Source: an uncultured bacterium (GTDB taxonomy: Bacteria; UBP4; UBA4092). Taken from it: a DNA stretch of 64,000 bases. Below the pieces are notes generated by a model. The model had not been told where the DNA came from and did no database searches. It saw nothing but the letters and a program-made list of their open reading frames with translations. Within the stretch, counting starts at the first letter, position 1; the number at the start of each line of letters is the position of its first letter. The translations under genes and the position numbers were made by a program. Location: assembly GCA_964644695.1 (NCBI GenBank), contig CAZXWN010000003.1, positions 186,001 to 250,000 on the forward strand, read 5' to 3'. Shown here piece by piece: positions 54,136 through 63,589 of this stretch.

Positions 54136-54196
54136 ATGAAACACTTTAAGATTAAATTGCCATAAATACCGGAATTAAGGTAACATTTTAATTCTT

Positions 54197-54997
54197 ATGC
54201 CGGACGATAAATTACAGTCACCTCTTGATGAAGCCCGAAGTGTTCAGGGCGAATACTGGGACAGTGTGATCGATCCCCAGAATTTAGAGGATGAAGAAGA
54301 AGTTGCCTTCAATCTGTTAGCTGAAATGGAATTTTACCGGACCCCATCACAGGAGTTTGCATGGTCGATGATGGACAATCCTGTCGGTAAGAAAATTCTG
54401 GAAATCGGCTGCGGATTGGGTGTGAATGCCATTATTATGGGATTATCGGGTGCAGAAGTCGTCGGTATTGATGTGGCTCCCCGCCGCCTTGAAACTGTTT
54501 CGGAGATTGTAGAAGTCAATGAGATTGAACATATCTCACTTCTTTGTGCCTCGGGTGAAGATCTTCCTTTTGCGGATGAATCCTTTGATATTGTCTATGC
54601 CAATGCGGTGACGATCCACATGAACAAAGAAAAAGCCATTCAGGAATTTTATCGGGTGTTGAAACCGGGTGGAAAAGTCATTCTTTGTGAACCTATGAAA
54701 TATCATCCACTGGTCAATCTCTATCGTTTTACATTAGCCCCTCGTGAATGGCGGGATATTACCGAATATTATAATTTCAAACAATTAAAACAATTAGGTA
54801 GTCATTTTAAAATCTGGGGTCATAAGGAATATTATCTTTTATCGTTCCTTGCTTTTTATTGGGAATTTGCGGACCGGAATTTGCCCTGGTTCCTCAAAAC
54901 CCTGGACTGGTTGATTCCTATTGATGAATGGATCATGGACAACATCCCATGGTCAAGGAAACTTGCCTGGTTCACTGTTTTCTGGGCTGAAAAATAA
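54197..54997 (+). CDS. class I SAM-dependent methyltransferase
   Basis: ILEIGCGLG, VVGIDV, LPFADESFDIV and RVLKPGG. Confidence 0.9.
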   Translation: MPDDKLQSPLDEARSVQGEYWDSVIDPQNLEDEEEVAFNLLAEMEFYRTPSQEFAWSMMDNPVGKKILEIGCGLGVNAIIMGLSGAEVVGIDVAPRRLETVSEIVEVNEIEHISLLCASGEDLPFADESFDIVYANAVTIHMNKEKAIQEFYRVLKPGGKVILCEPMKYHPLVNLYRFTLAPREWRDITEYYNFKQLKQLGSHFKIWGHKEYYLLSFLAFYWEFADRNLPWFLKTLDWLIPIDEWIMDNIPWSRKLAWFTVFWAEK

Positions 54998-55034
54998 AAA
55001 GAACCCCGGTTGGATTCAACCGGGGTTCTTTTTT
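54996..55034. terminator. bidirectional terminator
   Basis: AAAAAGAACCCCGGTTG / CAACCGGGGTTCTTTTT. Confidence 0.88.
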
Positions 55035-55050
55035 GTCGTCTGTAAGTTAT

Positions 55051-55623
55051 TTATTTCTTGCTGCCAGGTTTTACCAACGGCAGTCCTTCTTTACACAACG
55101 GGCAATCCTCTTTATCGTAAGCAGGAACGGTTATTTCCATCAATGAGAACAAAGGAACTTGAGGATTAAATCTGCCGGAGGACCGATTGACTACAACGGC
55201 ACATCCTACATTGATTCCACCCAGAGCCGTCACTTCATCCATAACCTCCAGAGGTGAACCCCCGGTGGTGATAACACTGTCCACTGTAAACACTTTCTCT
55301 CCGGGCTTGATTTCAAACCCGCGGCGGAAAACCATTTTCCCTTCCACCCGTTCAGTGTAAACAAATCGAACTCCAAACGCCTTGGCAACTTCATGCCCTA
55401 TAATCAATCCACCCACCGCCGGAGCTGCGACGACATCCGGTTTACAGTCTTTGGCGCGTTCAGCCAGTTCCTTTCCGAATTTCTCCGCTAAATCGGGGTA
55501 TTGCAGTAATAAGGCGGTCTGTAAATATCGGGGACTGTGGAGGCCGGACGATAATAAAAAATGTCCGCTCAAAAAGGCTTCTTTTTCTTCAAATAATCGA
55601 ATCACTTCATCTTGAGTCAACAT
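55051..55623 (-). CDS. pyrE: orotate phosphoribosyltransferase
   Basis: GHFLLSSGLHS..YLQ and VDSVITTGGS (PRPP loop); in pyr cluster. Confidence 0.95.
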   Translation of the reverse strand: MLTQDEVIRLFEEKEAFLSGHFLLSSGLHSPRYLQTALLLQYPDLAEKFGKELAERAKDCKPDVVAAPAVGGLIIGHEVAKAFGVRFVYTERVEGKMVFRRGFEIKPGEKVFTVDSVITTGGSPLEVMDEVTALGGINVGCAVVVNRSSGRFNPQVPLFSLMEITVPAYDKEDCPLCKEGLPLVKPGSKK

Positions 55624-55673
55624 CAGGTTTATTCCTTTCAGGGCATCTATTTCAGATAAATGGAGTTCTCTAT

Positions 55674-56387
55674 TTATTGGTTTCTAATTTCAGCATTGAT
55701 GGCATCTGCTGCCTCACCGGGATTTTGTGCCCGTGTGATGGGGCGGCCAATCACCAGATAATCCGCACCCAGTGACACAGCCTGAGCCGGTGTCATGACT
55801 CGCTTCTGGTCTCCCACATCTGCACTGGCGGGTCGGATTCCGGGAACCACGAGTTTAAACTCTTTTCCTAATTCTTTTTTTAGTAATTCAATTTCATGTC
55901 CGGAGCAGACGACTCCGTCTAACTTGGCTTTCCGTGCCAGTGAAGCCCATCGCAATACTGTGTCACTGACCTGACCTTTGACTCCTATTTCATCGTTCAG
56001 AACAAAGGGAGAAATACTGGTCAATACGGTCACACCGATGACTAATGGTGGCCGGGTTCCCATTTCCGCCGCGGTTTGGTCGGCTGCATCCCGGGCCGCC
56101 TGCATCATTTCCAGACCACCGGAACAATGGACATTCACCATCCAGACTCCCATCCGGGTGGCAGCATTTACTGCCCCTTTGACGGTGTTGGGAATATCAT
56201 GGAATTTGGCATCATAAAAGACCCTGCCGCCCTGGGCCTGTAATTCATCAATGATGGAGACTCCCAGGGTATTAAATAATTCAAGGCCTACCTTCCATGC
56301 CGCAATCTTACCCGTCAACTGGGTGGCCAGAGCGTGTGCTGATTCACGGTTAGAGACATCCAGTGCCACAATGATTTTAGATTCCAT
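55674..56387 (-). CDS. pyrF: orotidine-5'-phosphate decarboxylase
   Basis: IIVALD, DAKFHDIPNTV, VTVLTS, PGIRP, DQKR and VIGRPI. Confidence 0.97.
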   Translation of the reverse strand: MESKIIVALDVSNRESAHALATQLTGKIAAWKVGLELFNTLGVSIIDELQAQGGRVFYDAKFHDIPNTVKGAVNAATRMGVWMVNVHCSGGLEMMQAARDAADQTAAEMGTRPPLVIGVTVLTSISPFVLNDEIGVKGQVSDTVLRWASLARKAKLDGVVCSGHEIELLKKELGKEFKLVVPGIRPASADVGDQKRVMTPAQAVSLGADYLVIGRPITRAQNPGEAADAINAEIRNQ

Positions 56388-56437
56388 CTCGACTCCTGAA
56401 AGATATGGTTAATGACTTATCCGGGGTACCGCAATAT

Positions 56438-57388
56438 TTATCCGATTTTGAATTGTCCCACCAACTGAGACAACTTTTCTATGTTGTGTTTACTGCAATA
56501 GGATTCCAAACCCTTGACGACCTTGATAGATGTTTTCGGCTCAATCAGATTTCCGGTTCCAACCGATACCGCCGACGCTCCGGCCAGTAAAAACTCAACA
56601 GCATCACTGTATTTGAGGATACCCCCCATTCCAATGACCGGGACTTTCACGGACTTGGCTGTCTGATAAACCTGATATAACGCCAGTGATTTAATGGCAG
56701 GGCCGGAAACTCCACCCTTCCATGTTCCTAATCGGGACTGGCGGGTCTCAATATCAATACTGAGGCCATTAAAGGTATTAACGGCGACAATGGCATCTGC
56801 GCCCGCATTTTCAACCGCCTTGGCTATCATGCCGATGTCGGTCACATTCGGGGTCAATTTAGCAAAAACAGGGTAATCACTCACGGCTTTAACAGCACTG
56901 ACGACACTGGCTGCCGCCATCGGATCGATTCCGAAGCTGACGCCTCCTGCCTTCACATTGGGACAGGACAAATTTAGTTCCAGAGCAGATATCCCCGTCA
57001 GTCCTTTCAACCGGGAGGCTAACTCGGCAAACTGTTCCGGTGTTTCCCCCATGATACTGACAATCAGCGGTATTTTAAGGAATGACTGGAGTTCGGGAAG
57101 TTTGTGGGAAACAAATTCCTCAATACCGATATTTTGAAGTCCGACAGAATTCATCATGCCCGATGTGACAGGAATAACTCGTGGGGCTGGATTTCCGGGG
57201 CGGGGTTTTAATGTCAGGGTCTTGGTGACCACTCCCCCTAATCGGTTTACTTCCATGACTTCGGCAAACTCATTTCCATATCCAAAGGTACCTGCTGATA
57301 CAAGGACCGGGTTTGAAAAGGGTATCCCGGCAATATGGAAACTTAAATCGGGTGTCATCACGATATCTATTTTATCATCACTGTTCAT
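56438..57388 (-). CDS. pyrD: dihydroorotate dehydrogenase family 1B catalytic subunit
   Basis: SAGTFGYG, NSVGLQN, ELNLSCPNV, KLTPN, GGVSGPAIK and IGMGGI. Confidence 0.95.
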   Translation of the reverse strand: MNSDDKIDIVMTPDLSFHIAGIPFSNPVLVSAGTFGYGNEFAEVMEVNRLGGVVTKTLTLKPRPGNPAPRVIPVTSGMMNSVGLQNIGIEEFVSHKLPELQSFLKIPLIVSIMGETPEQFAELASRLKGLTGISALELNLSCPNVKAGGVSFGIDPMAAASVVSAVKAVSDYPVFAKLTPNVTDIGMIAKAVENAGADAIVAVNTFNGLSIDIETRQSRLGTWKGGVSGPAIKSLALYQVYQTAKSVKVPVIGMGGILKYSDAVEFLLAGASAVSVGTGNLIEPKTSIKVVKGLESYCSKHNIEKLSQLVGQFKIG

Positions 57389-57476
57389 TGTGTCATCCAG
57401 AAAGGTTTTCCCATGATATACTGTTACTTATCTGAGCAAGGATAATTTTCCTCTTCACAAATGAAAAGGAGTCATT

Positions 57477-57689
57477 ATGAAAAAGATGTACAGATGGGTC
57501 TTGGTAACAACAGTGGTCGTCATGTCTCTGGCCTTGTCGGGTTGTTCGACAGTCAAAGGAATGGGTGATGATTTGGATACACTCGGTCGAGGTATCCGTG
57601 GTAATCGTCCTTCTTCCAAGGCTGAAAAATCTACCCAGACAGTAAGCCAGAATGCTACTGTAACACCGGTCTCTGATACCTCCAAATAA
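57477..57689 (+). CDS. small entericidin (EcnA/B)-like lipoprotein
   Basis: AAGGAG SD; LSGC lipobox followed by STVKGMGDD. Confidence 0.75.
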   Translation: MKKMYRWVLVTTVVVMSLALSGCSTVKGMGDDLDTLGRGIRGNRPSSKAEKSTQTVSQNATVTPVSDTSK

Positions 57690-57721
57690 CGGCCGGAATT
57701 ACAACGCATCCCATTAAACTT

Positions 57722-57759
57722 AAAAGCCGAATCGATGATATTTTATCGATTCGGCTTTT
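57722..57759. terminator. bidirectional terminator
   Basis: AAAAGCCGAATCGAT / ATCGATTCGGCTTTT. Confidence 0.85.
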
Positions 57760-57779
57760 CATTTTTTGAAATCGTCTGA

Positions 57780-57992
57780 TTACTTCGTGGGCTTGGCAGG
57801 TTCCTGGACAGGAGCTTCTTTTTTCGTTGTCTCCGGGGCTTTCTGAGTGGAAGCGTCCTGATTCTTCAAGACCCGGCCTTTGTGGTAATAATACCCACCG
57901 GCAGCGCCCATTCCTAATATTACCGGAGCACATCCGGTCAAACTCAGGAGCAGCCAGGCTCCAATTACTAAAGTCACGATTCTTAATGTCAT
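57780..57992 (-). CDS. small lipoprotein
   Basis: LTGC lipobox then APVILGMGAAGGYYY; start at MTLRIV preferred over the longer ORF. Confidence 0.65.
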   Translation of the reverse strand: MTLRIVTLVIGAWLLLSLTGCAPVILGMGAAGGYYYHKGRVLKNQDASTQKAPETTKKEAPVQEPAKPTK

Positions 57993-58234
57993 TTTCTTCA
58001 AGGTACCGTCTCCTCCTAAAGGGTCTGGTTTTCCTTTAGTATACCATTTCAACCCCCTTTCAGGTAGACAACACCCCTCTTTTCCTTTCATTTCCCCCTG
58101 AAATTCGACTTTTAACCCCCTTTTTTACCTGATGAACAAATTTTGGTCAAAAAGTGTTAATTAAGTAAAAAAATGTAAATCCTTTTCCGTTGACGGTTCT
58201 TACCCACTAAAGGAAACTAGATAATAGCAATGGG

Positions 58235-58400
58235 GCTTTATTAAGATGTAAAGAGGAATTCCCGGATTAGTAAGATCCCCGAAATTGGTCACCGGGGGGT
58301 GACCCGGGCTAAACCGCCACTCAAAGTAGAGTGGCGGAGTTCATCAGAAATCGCGTTTTGATATGGGCAGGACGGAAATGTAACCGCCCTGTTTTTTCTT
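58235..58400 (+). ncRNA. candidate structured non-coding RNA, family not recognised
   Basis: TTGACG upstream (58190); closing stem 58235-58249/58353-58368; internal hairpins; terminal hairpin plus T-tract. Confidence 0.45.
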
Positions 58401-58506
58401 TTTAATCACTATCTCCCCAAAATCTTTCCAGAAATATCTCTCCTTAACTTCATCTCCCTTTTTTAGTCGTGTCATATTGGCATTAATAACGAACCGGAAA
58501 CGAATC

Positions 58507-58539
58507 GGGTACGGACTTACTCGGACCAGCTCCGTGGAT
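58507..58539. repeat. 33-bp REP-like palindrome, copy 5
   Basis: GGGTACGGA-CTTACTCGGACCAGC-TCCGTGGAT inside an AAACGAATC/GATTCGTTT stem. Confidence 0.7.
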
Positions 58540-58722
58540 GATTCGTTTAATAAAAGGATTGTCTGGAGGGTTGCTCTTTATCTGAATCGTGACGAAATAT
58601 CCTCTGAAATAAGATATAATTGAGGATGATTAGGTTTGGAAGTCTCCCCAAATAACGGCTGATGCCATAATACCGGGTGCCTTCAAGGAACCAGAGTCCA
58701 ATTAAGGAAGGAAACCATTATT

Positions 58723-59151
58723 ATGGCCCAGGCAACAAAAGGCGATGTCGTTAAAGTTCATTACAAAGGCAGTCTGAATGATGGATCTGTATTTGATTCT
58801 TCTGAAGGGCGTGACCCACTTGAATTCACCGTTGGTTCTGGACAGGTGATTGCCGGTTTTGATGAAGCTGTTACCGGAATGTCAATCAACGAAACCCGTA
58901 CCGTAAAGATTCCCGCAGAAAATGCCTATGGTACTTATCAGGATGATATGCGAGTCACCGTCAAAAAAACCGACTTTCCTCCGGGTGTTGAACCCGCTGT
59001 TGGTCATATGCTGCAGATTCGGTCCGCTGATGGACAGTCTTTCCGGGTGCAGGTGCTCTCCATGACTGATACCGAAGTGGTGCTTGATGGAAATCATCCT
59101 CTGGCCGGTAAAGATTTGACCTTCGACATTACCTTAGTCGAAATTGCTTAA
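58723..59151 (+). CDS. FKBP-type peptidyl-prolyl cis-trans isomerase (SlyD/SlpA-like, no His-rich tail)
   Basis: VKVHYKG, VFDSSEGRDPLEF, AYG and DGNHPLAGKDLTF. Confidence 0.93.
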   Translation: MAQATKGDVVKVHYKGSLNDGSVFDSSEGRDPLEFTVGSGQVIAGFDEAVTGMSINETRTVKIPAENAYGTYQDDMRVTVKKTDFPPGVEPAVGHMLQIRSADGQSFRVQVLSMTDTEVVLDGNHPLAGKDLTFDITLVEIA

Positions 59152-59160
59152 CTGAAAAAT

Positions 59161-59198
59161 AAAACCGGAGACTCCCTGATGGGTGTCTCCGGTTTTTT
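59161..59198. terminator. bidirectional terminator
   Basis: AAAACCGGAGAC / GTCTCCGGTTTT. Confidence 0.82.
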
Positions 59199-59214
59199 AT
59201 TGTCTGATTCTAAT

Positions 59215-59841
59215 TTACTTTTTGACGGGAGTGGTGGCAGGTTTGACGGGTGAAGGTTTGATTTTGACCAGATTTTCCCGATTATTGACTACGGTATCTT
59301 TCCCCATCCAAATCGTCCATAAAGCCCGGACTAAGTCTGGATCCTTCCATGTCCCCAAAACTTTGTCATTCTGGATGGCGGATAATTGACCATCAGCCGT
59401 GGCTTCAAACTTCAGAACGGAACCCTTGGGTAAATCCTGTTTGAACGATTCCAACAAGGCCGTTTTATGAGCGCCCTTATACTGGGCTTTGGCTAACCCT
59501 TCACTCCAGGCCTCTTTGATTTGTTTACTGCTCACATTGTAGGTGAATTTCAAAACGAAGGCCTTGGCAACTTTGGCATTAGTCCAATAAGACAGTTGTT
59601 TTTCTGCATTGGATTCTGCCGGGACAGCCTCTTTCTCCCCATAATGACCGACAGCATACACCTTGATGATGAACTTGGACCGGACATCGGTCCCCGTACA
59701 AGCCAGTGTCTTGTTGCCGGACTTCATCTCTGCCGCAAACTCCTGACCTGTTGCTGCCTCTTTGACTACCGCACTCCATCCGGCGATCGCCAGACTTGTT
59801 ACCAGGATCACAGATAATACAAGACGAATCATTTGACGCAT
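59215..59841 (-). CDS. chalcone-isomerase-like fold secreted protein
   Basis: Signal peptide; GTDVRSKFIIKVYAVGHY and ALWTIWMG. Confidence 0.75.
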   Translation of the reverse strand: MRQMIRLVLSVILVTSLAIAGWSAVVKEAATGQEFAAEMKSGNKTLACTGTDVRSKFIIKVYAVGHYGEKEAVPAESNAEKQLSYWTNAKVAKAFVLKFTYNVSSKQIKEAWSEGLAKAQYKGAHKTALLESFKQDLPKGSVLKFEATADGQLSAIQNDKVLGTWKDPDLVRALWTIWMGKDTVVNNRENLVKIKPSPVKPATTPVKK

Positions 59842-59938
59842 TTGTTTGATTATCCTCCTATAAGATTTGCCTTTATGGCTTTTCAGATTCTATCAAGTTC
59901 TATTTCCCTGAACAACCTGACCTGATTTAGAAGGATAT

Positions 59939-60679
59939 CTATCGAGACGTGTGCCATTCCCGTTTCAAGTATTTTTCTTCCATTAATACCCGGATTTCCT
60001 GCTCCGGGATTGAATACCCCGGTTCTCCGGTGTTCCATGTACGGCACAGGGATTCTTTTATCTGATTTCGGGTGACGGGGATATTGGTTAAAAATTCCAA
60101 ATGGGAACAATCTTTCCGATATTCGGGTTTTAATTTTGGAAGTTGTAATGTTTTTTCTATCAATGGAATATCAAAATCCAGAAGGAAGGTACCGTGAAAC
60201 AGCAGATGACTCTTTTTCCTGCGTTGGGAATTACCCGAGAATTTTTTACCCTTCCAGGTAAGGTCGGTGTATCCCTCGACCTTTACCGTTCCTGTCAGGC
60301 AGGGTTGCAGCGCTTCCTGGAGTCGGGTCATGACCAGATGGTTTGTACCGGTGACTGTGGACAGTGGCCCCTGGTCTTCAATGGGCATAATCAGGCTGTA
60401 ATTCAAACATCCTGGCCCCTGGAGAACCGTTCCACCCCCCGATACTCGACGCAGGACAGGGATTCCCAGTTCACGGCAGGCCTCCAGATGAACCTCTTCC
60501 GATATCCGGTTGGCATACCCCAGAACGACGAAATAAACCGGAGATTCCCAGAATCGAAGAACGGGTCCGGATGAGCCTGACTCACACCGATCCAGTAAGG
60601 CTTCATCACAGGCCAGATTCTCTTCTGGAACCGTAAAACTACAGTCCAGTAAATCGTATTGAGGTAATGAAATTTTCAT
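59939..60679 (-). CDS. lipoate--protein ligase A family protein
   Basis: NLACDEALL, RRVSGGGTV, KKFSGNSQ and HGT; divergent from the PDH operon. Confidence 0.9.
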   Translation of the reverse strand: MKISLPQYDLLDCSFTVPEENLACDEALLDRCESGSSGPVLRFWESPVYFVVLGYANRISEEVHLEACRELGIPVLRRVSGGGTVLQGPGCLNYSLIMPIEDQGPLSTVTGTNHLVMTRLQEALQPCLTGTVKVEGYTDLTWKGKKFSGNSQRRKKSHLLFHGTFLLDFDIPLIEKTLQLPKLKPEYRKDCSHLEFLTNIPVTRNQIKESLCRTWNTGEPGYSIPEQEIRVLMEEKYLKREWHTSR

Positions 60680-60800
60680 ATAAATCAACTGTGTTACAAT
60701 GAGGAAAAATGAGTTCGTTCCTCCTCATTTTACACCGGTTACACAATCCGGTGGGAGCTATTTCCCGGAAGATTGTTTTTGAAAGCGAGAGGGGAAACCC

Positions 60801-63503
60801 ATGACATCAGATAAAGATAAATTACTCAAAGCCGCACTCCCGATAGAGGGCCAATTTGATGCCGAAACCAGCAAATGGCTCATATCCATGGATTTTGATT
60901 TGGATGAATTAAAAGACAAAGGGCCGGAACGGCTGCAACTGTTATATAAACTCTTAACTCAGAAGAAACTCCAATACGGATTATCCGACCCTTATCCCAA
61001 CACAACTCCCTATGTGAATACGATTCCTGCTGACCAGGAACCTGAATATCCCGGCGACCGGGAATTGGAAAGAAAAATTAAAAGTTACATCCGCTGGAAT
61101 GCCATGGCAATGGTGGTAAATGCCAACAGCCGGAATAAAGGTATCGGTGGACATATCTCCTCCTTTTCCTCCAGTGCCACTCTCTACGAAGTAGGTTTTA
61201 ATCATTTTTTCCGTGGGGGTGATGGAGACCGGCCGGCAGACATGATTTTCTTCCAGGGCCACTCTTCACCGGGTATTTATGCCCGCGCGTTTCTGGAAGG
61301 CAGGCTTCAGAAAGAAAATCTGTATCATTTCCGGCAGGATTGTGTCCTTGATGGGACCAGTCTTACTTCCTATCCCCATCCGTACATCATGCCGACCTTC
61401 TGGCAGTTTCCTACGGTCTCCATGGGGCTGGGTCCGATCATGTCTATTTATCAGGCCCGGTTTAATAAATATTTGAAGGCGCGGGGCCTTATCAAAGAAG
61501 AACCCCGAGTTTGGTGTTTTGCCGGAGACGGTGAATCCGATGAGCCGGAAACTCTCGGTGCCCTTTCCATGACCTCACGGGAAAACCTCAACAACCTGGT
61601 CTGGGTCATTAATTGTAATCTCCAGCGGTTAGATGGACCGGTACGGGGCAATGGCAAAATCATTCAGGAATTGGAAGGTGTTTTCCGGGGTGCCGGATGG
61701 AATGTTATTAAAGTTATCTGGGGCTCCGATTGGGATGAGCTTCTGAAAAAAGACCAGTCCGGACTTCTCTTAAAACGCATGGAAGAAGTCGTGGATGGTG
61801 ATTATCAAAAATATACAGTCGAACCCGGTTCCTATACGCGGAAACATTTCTTCGGGAAATATCCTGAATTACTGGAACTGGTCAACGACATGACGGATGA
61901 ACAAATCCATAAACTGGTCCGGGGTGGACATGACCCACTTAAGGTTTATGCTGCCTACAAAGCCGCCACTGAATATCAGGATGGACCTACCGTTATCCTG
62001 GCGAAAACCATTAAGGGTTATGGGTTAGGTGAAGCCGGTGAGGGTCGAAATATCACCCATCAACAGAAGAAACTCAATGAGCGGGAACTCCGGGAATTTA
62101 GAGAACGGTTCAAAGTCCCCATCTCTGATGAAGAAATTGTTGATGCGCCATTCTATCGGCCTCCTGCGGATTCCCCCGAAATGGTATATCTCCTGAATCA
62201 ACGGAAAAAGCTTGGAGGTTCACTCCCGAAACGGGAAAATAAATCTCTCCCGCTGGATGTTCCGAAACTGGATGTCTTTAATGAATTTCTGAAAGGTTCA
62301 GAGCCGTTCACGGTTTCGACCACAATGGCTTTTGTCCGGTTAATTAGTAATCTCCTGCGGAATCCGAAAATCAGTAAAAATATTGTTCCGATAATTCCAG
62401 ACGAAGCCCGTACTTTTGGTTTGGACCCTCTCTTCCGGGAAATAGGAATTTATTCTCCCAAGGGTCAGCTCTACCAACCTGTGGATAGTTCCACTCTCCT
62501 GTATTACCGGGAAGCTAAAGATGGCCAAATCCTCGAGGAAGGTATCACTGAGGCGGGGGCTATGAGTTCCTTTATTGCCGCCGGGACTGCCTATGCCAAT
62601 CATGGCGTAAATATGATTCCGTTCTTCATTTACTACTCCATGTTTGGATTCCAGCGTGTGGGTGATCTGGCCTGGGCGGCGGCGGATATGCGAGCGAAAG
62701 GCTTCATGCTGGGTGCGACTGCCGGTCGGACTACTCTTGCCGGTGAAGGACTTCAGCATCAGGATGGCCACAGTCTGCTGCTGGCCTCTACCATTCCTAC
62801 CTTGTTGGTCTATGACCCAGCCTTCGCTTATGAAATGGCTGTGATTATTGCTGATGGCATGAAGCGGATGTATCAGGAACAGGAAGATGTCTTTTATTAT
62901 CTGACTCTCTACAATGAAAATTATGTGATGCCTCCCATGCCGGAAGGTGTGACGGAGGGTATCATTAAAGGCCTCTATAAATTCCGGCAGGGTCCGGAAG
63001 GTCTCCGTTACAAAGCCCATCTGATTGGCAGTGGGCCGTTGATGAAAGAGGTCTTTAAGGCGGCTCAGATCCTCGCTGAAAAATATGAGGTCTCTACGGA
63101 TATTTGGAGTGCGACCAGTTATAAACAGCTCCGGTCTGAGGCGATGAAGGTTCGGCGGTGGAATATGCTTCATCCAACCGAATCACCTCGGAAATCTTAT
63201 GTGGAATCTCTCCTGGAACATGAAGCGGGCGTATTTGTGGCGGTGTCCGATTATATGCGGATTGTTCCGGAACAGATTGCTCCCTGGGTGCCTGGCGGAT
63301 TGATGACGCTGGGTACAGATGGTTTTGGCCGCAGTGATACACGAGAGGCTCTCCGCCGCTACTTTGAGGTTGATGCCGAATCTATCGTGCTGGCGACCTT
63401 ATACCAACTGGCTGAGACCGGTCATCTGGATTTCCAGGTTGTCGCCAAGGCAATGAAAGATATGGACTATGACCCTGATAAGATGTCTCCCTACTGGGTC
63501 TAA
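60801..63503 (+). CDS. aceE: pyruvate dehydrogenase E1 component, homodimeric type
   Basis: IRWNAMAMV, QGHSSPG, WQFPTVSMGLG, GDGE..E (TPP motif), NCNLQRLDGPV and GEGLQHQDGH. Confidence 0.98.
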   Translation: MTSDKDKLLKAALPIEGQFDAETSKWLISMDFDLDELKDKGPERLQLLYKLLTQKKLQYGLSDPYPNTTPYVNTIPADQEPEYPGDRELERKIKSYIRWNAMAMVVNANSRNKGIGGHISSFSSSATLYEVGFNHFFRGGDGDRPADMIFFQGHSSPGIYARAFLEGRLQKENLYHFRQDCVLDGTSLTSYPHPYIMPTFWQFPTVSMGLGPIMSIYQARFNKYLKARGLIKEEPRVWCFAGDGESDEPETLGALSMTSRENLNNLVWVINCNLQRLDGPVRGNGKIIQELEGVFRGAGWNVIKVIWGSDWDELLKKDQSGLLLKRMEEVVDGDYQKYTVEPGSYTRKHFFGKYPELLELVNDMTDEQIHKLVRGGHDPLKVYAAYKAATEYQDGPTVILAKTIKGYGLGEAGEGRNITHQQKKLNERELREFRERFKVPISDEEIVDAPFYRPPADSPEMVYLLNQRKKLGGSLPKRENKSLPLDVPKLDVFNEFLKGSEPFTVSTTMAFVRLISNLLRNPKISKNIVPIIPDEARTFGLDPLFREIGIYSPKGQLYQPVDSSTLLYYREAKDGQILEEGITEAGAMSSFIAAGTAYANHGVNMIPFFIYYSMFGFQRVGDLAWAAADMRAKGFMLGATAGRTTLAGEGLQHQDGHSLLLASTIPTLLVYDPAFAYEMAVIIADGMKRMYQEQEDVFYYLTLYNENYVMPPMPEGVTEGIIKGLYKFRQGPEGLRYKAHLIGSGPLMKEVFKAAQILAEKYEVSTDIWSATSYKQLRSEAMKVRRWNMLHPTESPRKSYVESLLEHEAGVFVAVSDYMRIVPEQIAPWVPGGLMTLGTDGFGRSDTREALRRYFEVDAESIVLATLYQLAETGHLDFQVVAKAMKDMDYDPDKMSPYWV

Positions 63504-63589
63504 AGGGTGGACACCTGTTCAGGTGCATTGAATGTCAGAATAACGGTACATTGAAAAGATATTAAACACGAGTGAAGTGAGGAATAGAT

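Noticed and set aside
58300-58347. Hammerhead ribozyme (CTGATGA on the minus strand followed by a hairpin)
   Set aside because: No GAAA after the putative stem II and no stem I/III arrangement
58253-58360. RNase P RNA (GAGGAA... and CAGAA... resemblance)
   Set aside because: Far too short and the P4 pairing is absent
58621-58675. Fluoride riboswitch upstream of the FKBP gene (GCTGATG...TACC)
   Set aside because: The 5' GGnGAUGG stem and pseudoknot pairing are missing; gene context is unrelated
62340-63173. 277-aa minus-strand ORF and the many other short alternative-frame ORFs in the track
   Set aside because: Shadow frames overlapping well-supported genes such as aceE, aspS and mutL, with no recognisable motifs
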